A DNA stretch of 32,000 nucleotides, taken from contig NC_006576.1 of NCBI RefSeq assembly GCF_000010065.1, positions 2,070,001 to 2,102,000 of the forward strand, in the 5' to 3' direction. The position numbers were made by a program, and so were the translations under genes. Source of the DNA: Synechococcus elongatus PCC 6301. GTDB lineage: Bacteria; Cyanobacteriota; Cyanobacteriia; Synechococcales; Synechococcaceae. Below are positions 26,467 to 32,000 of this stretch, piece by piece (within the stretch, counting starts at the first letter, position 1; every line of letters starts with the position of its first letter). Below the pieces are notes generated by a model. That model was not told where the DNA came from. It was given only the letters and a program-made list of their open reading frames with translations, and ran no database searches.

Positions 26467-29400
26467 TTATTCGACGCCTTCGATTCGGTCTTCGACCTCT
26501 TGATAGAGCTCTTGCAGGCGTTGGATATTTTCGTCACTGGTTTCCCAGTAGCCGCGACCTGCAACCTCTAGTAGCGTGCCCACCATGCGGCGGAAGCTGT
26601 GGGGGTTGAGATCCATCAGGCGCTTCTGCATTTCCGGATCAGAAATGAAGGTCGTATTCGCCTCCTCATAGACCCAGTTATCAACCGCGCCCGCCGTCGC
26701 TGACCAGCCCGAAGTGTAGTTCAAGCGCTTAGCAATTTCCCGCACGCCTTCATAACCGCTGTTCAGCATCCCTTCGTACCACTTGGGATTGAGCAGCTTC
26801 GTCCGCGAGTCCAGCCGCACCGTTTCATTTAGCGTCCGCACTTGGGCATTCGCCGTGGTCGTGTCGGCAATGAAGCTCGCCGGTTTCTTGCCGTCTTCCC
26901 GCAGGCTCGCCACCAACTTGGTCGGGTCGCTGTCGAAGTAGTGGCTCACATCCGTCAGCGAAATTTCCGACGAATCCAAGTTCTGGAAGGTAACATCCGC
27001 TGTCTTCAGCGATTCCCGGAACAGTTCCTGATTTTGGTTCATCATGCCGGGGTTGTCGCTATCAAACGCGAAGGATTTACGCTCCAGATACATGTTCTGG
27101 AGTTCGCTTTCCTCTTCCCAGCTGCTGTTCTCGATCGCCAAGTTGACGTTGCTGCTGTAGCTACCGGAAGCGTTGGAGAAGACACGGCTTGCCGCTTGGC
27201 GCAGCTCAATGTTCAGCTTCTTGGCTTGCTCCAGCGAGTGCTTGCGCACAAAGTTCATCTCCAGCGGCTCATCAGCTTCGGCAGCCATTTTCACCGCTTG
27301 GTCGATCAGCGCCATTTGGTTGATGAACAGATCGCGGAACACGCCCGAACAGTTGACGACCACATCGACGCGGGGACGACCCAGCTCTTCCAGCGGAATC
27401 AGCTCCAGCTTGTTGACGCGACCGAGGCTGTCCGGCTTCGGCTTGACGCCGACAAACCAGAGGATTTGCGCCAGCGACTCGCCGTAGGTCTTGATGTTGT
27501 CGGTGCCCCAGAGAACGCAGGCGATTGTTTCTGGCCAGTTGCCGTCATTTTCTGCCCGCTGGCGATCGAGCAGGCGATCGACCACGACTTTGGCCGATTG
27601 CACCGCTGCGGTCGTCGGAATCGACTGGGGATCCAGCGCGTGAATGTTGCGACCGGACGGCAGCACGTTGGGGTTACGAATCGGGTCGCCACCCGGCGCG
27701 GGCATCACATATTCGCCGTCCAGCGCCTTGACGAGGTTCTGCATTTCCAAGTCGGCGCAGACTTGCTCCAAGCAGAATTGCAGATAGTCGAACAGGACTT
27801 TCAGCGCATCCTCATCAACCTTGTAGCCCTTGGCTTCCAAAGCCCGTTGGTAGGCCGGTTTCAGTTTGATGTTGAAGAAAGCCAGCAGCTTTTCGATCCA
27901 GCCAAAGCGTTTGACCAGCGAGACACGGCCATCACTGCCGGTGACTTCCCGCACCATCGCTGCCACTGAAGCACGAACCGCTTCGGTGATCGACTGGTTG
28001 AGGTTGACGTCATCCAGCACGCCCAGATCAGCGCTGCGGAAGATTTCTTCCATCTCGCGACCGAGGCTGCGGGCAATCAAGGTCGGTAGGCCGGTGATCC
28101 CTTCTTCATCGCGATCGAGGCTGGCGATGTTGACGAGGGTGGCGATCGCTTCTTCGGCAGTTGGCGGTTTGCCAATCACGTGCAGACCGCAGGGCAGCAG
28201 ACGGCTCTCGATTTCCATCAGCTTGCGGTAGACGTTGCCCACTAGGCGATCGCGATCGTCGGCGCTCAGTTCTGCGGCATCAACGTCCGGTAGTTCGACG
28301 TCTTGGTCGAGGTTGACCTGACGGCAGGTTTCCACAATCGAGTTGCAGATGGCGACACCGCGGCCACTTTCCCGCAGGGTTTGGTAGCTGCCCACCAGCT
28401 CGCTCAGTTCCTTCAGACCCTTGTAGAGACCCGCGTTTTCAGCGGGTGGGGTCAGGTAGCTGATCGTTTCGGCATAGCCCCGTCGTTTGGCGATCGTGGC
28501 TTCTGAGGGGTTGTTCGCCGCGTAGTAGTAGAGGTTGGGGATCGTGCCGATCAAGTTGTCGGGGTAGCAGGCACCGCTCATGCCCATCTGCTTACCAGGC
28601 ATGAACTCCAGCGAGCCGTGGGTGCCGAAGTGCAGCACCGCGTTCGCCCCCCAAATGTGGTTGAGGTAGGTGTAATAGGCAGCAAAGCCGTGGTGAGGGC
28701 TAGCGCTCCGGCTGTAGAGCAGCATCATCGGGTCGCCTTCGTAACCGAAGGTCGGCTGGACGCCGATGAAGACGTTGCCAAACTGCTTACCGAAGATCAG
28801 CAGGTTTTCGCCGTCGCTGTTCAGCTGTCCCGGAGGTGGCCCCCAGTTTTCTTCGAGGCGTTCCGCGTAGGGCGTCAGCCGCTGGTATTCGCTCACCGAC
28901 ATGCGGTAGGCGATGTTCAGTTCCGGCGAGGCGTATTGGGCTTGGGCGTCGTGGATGACTTCCTCCATCAACTCCTTGGCGGTCTTCGGCATCCCTTCCA
29001 CGGTGTAGCCTGCCGCTTTCAGCTCTTCCATGACGCGATGGATCGAGCCGAACACGTCCAGATAGGCCGCCGTACCAACGTTGCCCTTATCCGGCGGGAA
29101 GCTGAAGACGGTGATCGCCAGCTTTTTAGTGGCGCGAGGCGTGCGGCGCAGGTTGGCCCAGCGGATCGATCGCTCTGCGATCATCTCGACCCGATCTTGC
29201 AGGGTGTGGGCTTTGCCGGTGGCGCTATCGCGGCCAGACATAATGATCGGCTCGATCGCGCCGTCTAGCTCAGGAATGGCGATTTGCAGCGCCACTTGCA
29301 CGGGGTGCAAACCGAGGTCGCTCTCTTCCCACTCTTCCGTGGTTTGGAAGACCAGCGGCAGCGCCACCATGTAGGGACGATTCAGCTTTTTGAGGGTTTC

Positions 29401-30453
29401 GATCGCCTTGGGATGGTCTTGGCGCGCAGGGCCACCCACCAGCGCAAAGCCGGTCAGCGAGACGGTTGCGTCGATGATCGGTGTCTCGGGATCGAGGGGA
29501 TCGAAGAAGTACTGCTGCACCGGCTTCGAAAAGTCCAGCCCGCCGTTGAAGACGGGAATCACTTTGGCACCGCGATATTCCATCTCGGAAACGACCGCCA
29601 CGTAGTGCGCATCGTCGCCGGTGACCAAGTGGCTGCGCTGCAGCACCAGGCCGATGGTTGGACCATCTTGCTTGGGCAGGTCTTGGCGCGACTGATACCA
29701 GTTGAGGTACTCCTTCAAGTCCTCAAACATCTGGGGTGCCAGCGGGTGCCAGATGCCTTGGTCGGGGTAAACGACTGGCTCTTCAAAGTTGACGTTGACG
29801 TCGCTGTCTTTTTTGAAGACGTAGCGATCGGCAATCATCAACAGGAAGTTTTCCAGGTTCTCTGGCGAACCCCCCAGCCAGTACTGGAAGCTAAGCATGA
29901 AGTTGCGAGCGTCCTGTGCCTTCTCAACCGGCAGGTACTTGAGGACGTTCGGCAGGGTACGCAGCAGCTTGAGCATGGCGTCTTGGAAACCTGCTCCACC
30001 CGCTTCCTTGCGCTTCTTCATGAAGCTGGCGATCACGCTCTTGCTTTGGCCCAGCTGCGCCATCGAGAAGGAGCCGAGCTTGTTGAGGCGCATCACCTCC
30101 GGCATCGAGGGGAAGACGATCGAGGCGGCAAGGCGATCGCGCACCGGTTGCACGGCGCTGACCACTTTCTCAGCTAGGTCTTCGATGAAGATCAGCGAGC
30201 CGATGAAGATATCTGCATCCTGCAGATCGGCTTTAAAGGCGTCGTAGTTTTCGGGATCGCGCAGTTCTTCGATCAGGTAGCCGCTCAGTTCAACAGCAAC
30301 TTGATGGGAGCCAGCATTGATCGATCGGACGGCGGCCGAGAGCGCACTCTGATACTGCGCTTCCAAGACGACGTAGACCACTTTCAGCCGCGATCGCCCG
30401 TTAAGGTCCTCGGGCACGATGCGACGGATTGCGGACTTGACCTGGGTGAACAT
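26467..30453 (-). CDS. chlH: Magnesium-protoporphyrin IX chelatase subunit H
   Basis: Internal Met start [42 protein letters not shown] complement at 30451-30453. BchH/CobN signatures include [20 protein letters not shown] and [14 protein letters not shown]. 1328 aa. Confidence 0.97.
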   Translation of the reverse strand: MFTQVKSAIRRIVPEDLNGRSRLKVVYVVLEAQYQSALSAAVRSINAGSHQVAVELSGYLIEELRDPENYDAFKADLQDADIFIGSLIFIEDLAEKVVSAVQPVRDRLAASIVFPSMPEVMRLNKLGSFSMAQLGQSKSVIASFMKKRKEAGGAGFQDAMLKLLRTLPNVLKYLPVEKAQDARNFMLSFQYWLGGSPENLENFLLMIADRYVFKKDSDVNVNFEEPVVYPDQGIWHPLAPQMFEDLKEYLNWYQSRQDLPKQDGPTIGLVLQRSHLVTGDDAHYVAVVSEMEYRGAKVIPVFNGGLDFSKPVQQYFFDPLDPETPIIDATVSLTGFALVGGPARQDHPKAIETLKKLNRPYMVALPLVFQTTEEWEESDLGLHPVQVALQIAIPELDGAIEPIIMSGRDSATGKAHTLQDRVEMIAERSIRWANLRRTPRATKKLAITVFSFPPDKGNVGTAAYLDVFGSIHRVMEELKAAGYTVEGMPKTAKELMEEVIHDAQAQYASPELNIAYRMSVSEYQRLTPYAERLEENWGPPPGQLNSDGENLLIFGKQFGNVFIGVQPTFGYEGDPMMLLYSRSASPHHGFAAYYTYLNHIWGANAVLHFGTHGSLEFMPGKQMGMSGACYPDNLIGTIPNLYYYAANNPSEATIAKRRGYAETISYLTPPAENAGLYKGLKELSELVGSYQTLRESGRGVAICNSIVETCRQVNLDQDVELPDVDAAELSADDRDRLVGNVYRKLMEIESRLLPCGLHVIGKPPTAEEAIATLVNIASLDRDEEGITGLPTLIARSLGREMEEIFRSADLGVLDDVNLNQSITEAVRASVAAMVREVTGSDGRVSLVKRFGWIEKLLAFFNIKLKPAYQRALEAKGYKVDEDALKVLFDYLQFCLEQVCADLEMQNLVKALDGEYVMPAPGGDPIRNPNVLPSGRNIHALDPQSIPTTAAVQSAKVVVDRLLDRQRAENDGNWPETIACVLWGTDNIKTYGESLAQILWFVGVKPKPDSLGRVNKLELIPLEELGRPRVDVVVNCSGVFRDLFINQMALIDQAVKMAAEADEPLEMNFVRKHSLEQAKKLNIELRQAASRVFSNASGSYSSNVNLAIENSSWEEESELQNMYLERKSFAFDSDNPGMMNQNQELFRESLKTADVTFQNLDSSEISLTDVSHYFDSDPTKLVASLREDGKKPASFIADTTTANAQVRTLNETVRLDSRTKLLNPKWYEGMLNSGYEGVREIAKRLNYTSGWSATAGAVDNWVYEEANTTFISDPEMQKRLMDLNPHSFRRMVGTLLEVAGRGYWETSDENIQRLQELYQEVEDRIEGVE

Positions 30454-30742
30454 GCGCTTAGCAGCCTCCGGCGTGTTCTCGAGATGCGGGCGATCGGGTA
30501 CAGGGCCGGCAAAAATACCCAATCGTGACAAATCACTCAAGATTGAGTTCTAACAGAAAATCCAGACTGGGTGGGGCCTCCCGGCGATCGCAGATACAAT
30601 TTGCAATCCCTTTTGACAAGTAACTTCATAAAACTTGACAGAATGGCGATCGCTCCTTTTCCCCTAAGAGCTAAGGCGGTTTCGACCGCGCCCCGCCATT
30701 TCAGGAAACAATGGCAACAGTGCAAGATTCTGTGACTGGTTT

Positions 30743-31564
30743 ATGGCTCACCCGATTCCTGTGGTTGTCAATGGGGCGACTGGCAAGATGGGGCGCGAAA
30801 CGATCAAGGCGATCGCAGCGGCGGATGATGTGACCCTCGTGGGGGCGATCGCCCGCAGTGCGGATGTGCAGGGGCAAGACATCGGCGAGATTGTCGGGCT
30901 TGGGCCGCTGGAAGTGCCGGTGACCAATGACCTTGAAGGAATGCTCTGCCTGGCTTCGCAGGAGCGGGAAGTGCCCGTTGTTGTCGATTTCACCCACCCT
31001 GACTGCATCTATGACAACGTCCGCAAGGCGATCGCCTATGGTGTGCGGCCAGTTGTGGGCACCACCGGCTTAAACAATGAGCAGTTGCAGGAACTAGCGG
31101 AGTTTGCCGAAAAAGCCAGCGTTGGCTGCTTGGTAATTCCTAACTTTTCGATTGGCATGGTGCTGCTGATGCAGGCAGCGATTCAGGCCAGCCGCTTCTA
31201 CGACCACGTCGAAATTTTGGAACTGCATCACGACCAAAAGGCGGATGCGCCCAGTGGCACGGCCATCAAAACCGCGCAGATGCTGGCAGAACTGGGCAAA
31301 ACCTTCAATCCTCCCAAGGTAACCGAGAAGGAGACGATGCCCGGCGCCCGCGGTGCTGTTGGCCCTGAAAATATCCGCATTCACAGCGTCCGTCTGCCGG
31401 GACTGATTGCCCACGAAGAGGTGATCTTTGGTGCGCCCGGTGAAATTCTGACCCTGCGTCACGACACCATGGATCGCAGTTGCTATATGCCGGGTGTGCT
31501 GTTAGCAGTGCGGAAGGTGCGGCAACTGACGGGGCTGATCTACGGCCTCGATCGCATTCCCTAA
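30743..31564 (+). CDS. dapB: 4-hydroxy-tetrahydrodipicolinate reductase
   Basis: 273 aa. [66 protein letters not shown]. Confidence 0.96.
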   Translation: MAHPIPVVVNGATGKMGRETIKAIAAADDVTLVGAIARSADVQGQDIGEIVGLGPLEVPVTNDLEGMLCLASQEREVPVVVDFTHPDCIYDNVRKAIAYGVRPVVGTTGLNNEQLQELAEFAEKASVGCLVIPNFSIGMVLLMQAAIQASRFYDHVEILELHHDQKADAPSGTAIKTAQMLAELGKTFNPPKVTEKETMPGARGAVGPENIRIHSVRLPGLIAHEEVIFGAPGEILTLRHDTMDRSCYMPGVLLAVRKVRQLTGLIYGLDRIP

Positions 31565-31573
31565 CGCAGGACC

Positions 31574-32000
31574 ATGCTGATTCCCATCACCGAAGCCAGT
31601 ACGAGGCAACTGATTCCTGCGATCGCGACGGGGCCGCAGTATCGCTACTGCTGGGGAAAGCCTCAGGACTTTCTGCGGCGGCTCCTGATCTCCGTGATCG
31701 TAGCGGTGGCTGCCTTGCTGGCCGAAACCCTGGCGGGGGTCTCCGGGGAAATTGCCCTCGTCGTCGGCATTCTGGGCGGCTTCTTTTGGTGGTGGGCACC
31801 GATCGCGATCGCTGCTCAACGCAACTACCGCCTGCGCCGCTATCGCTATGCCGCCTTTTGGGAGGGGGAGATCGTTGATCTTTACCGCAGCCAAGCCCGC
31901 ATTGGTACAGAGGAAACGGTCAATTCCCAGGGGCGGTTGGTGCTGATTGACAAGGTCGAAACTCGCGTCAATCTGGAGCTGCTGGACGAGAACGACTTTG
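31574..32000 (+). CDS. Hypothetical membrane protein, partial (runs off the right edge)
   Basis: Open frame from ATG at 31574: MLIPITEASTRQLIPAIATGPQYRYCWGKPQDFLRRLLISVIVAVAALLAETLAGVSGEIALVVGILGGFFWWWAP... with no stop before 32000. Missing from the supplied ORF track because no stop is reached. Confidence 0.7.
   Translation, partial: MLIPITEASTRQLIPAIATGPQYRYCWGKPQDFLRRLLISVIVAVAALLAETLAGVSGEIALVVGILGGFFWWWAPIAIAAQRNYRLRRYRYAAFWEGEIVDLYRSQARIGTEETVNSQGRLVLIDKVETRVNLELLDENDF

Noticed and set aside
26842-27969. 375-aa plus-strand ORF, with another of 297 aa at 29284..30177
   Set aside because: Both lie fully antisense to chlH and are shadow frames of a GC-rich highly conserved gene.
1-32000. 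CRISPR arrays, tRNA or rRNA genes, intact IS elements
   Set aside because: No regularly spaced short repeats, tRNA-like cloverleaf, rRNA sequence or transposase was recognised. A tRNAscan/Infernal run would be needed to exclude small ncRNAs.

Overview
The window looks like ordinary cyanobacterial chromosome, very probably Synechococcus elongatus (PCC 7942/6301 type). The assignment rests on recognisable proteins (ApcF, GlnA, ChlH, TrpB, DapB, AguB) and on the dense GCGATCGC (HIP1) palindromes. Well-supported genes are a Rieske oxygenase, a serine/alanine-glyoxylate aminotransferase-like enzyme, an alpha/beta hydrolase, apcF, glnA with a canonical NtcA promoter, a HlyD-like plus GT2-PilZ polysaccharide synthase pair, a choloylglycine hydrolase-like enzyme, an ABC-2 exporter pair, a VapBC-like pair, aguB, an SNase, trpB, a SUI1/YciH factor, a cupin, a deaminase, a GST, chlH, dapB and a partial CDS at the right edge. 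The less ordinary part is the sparse, partly decayed stretch 21.7-26.4 kb. It holds a large unknown protein with a C-terminal HicA-like domain and no visible HicB, a remnant of the neighbouring gene at 20.5-21.0 kb, a DUF433-like remnant, and a ~100 bp direct repeat whose edges are HIP1 or HIP1-like. Other notable points are a methyltransferase split by an apparent 1-nt frameshift and a perfect 12-bp inverted repeat between two convergent genes. I found no CRISPR array, rRNA, tRNA or intact transposon, and no convincing multi-gene novel system. The HicA-like fusion is the best lead.
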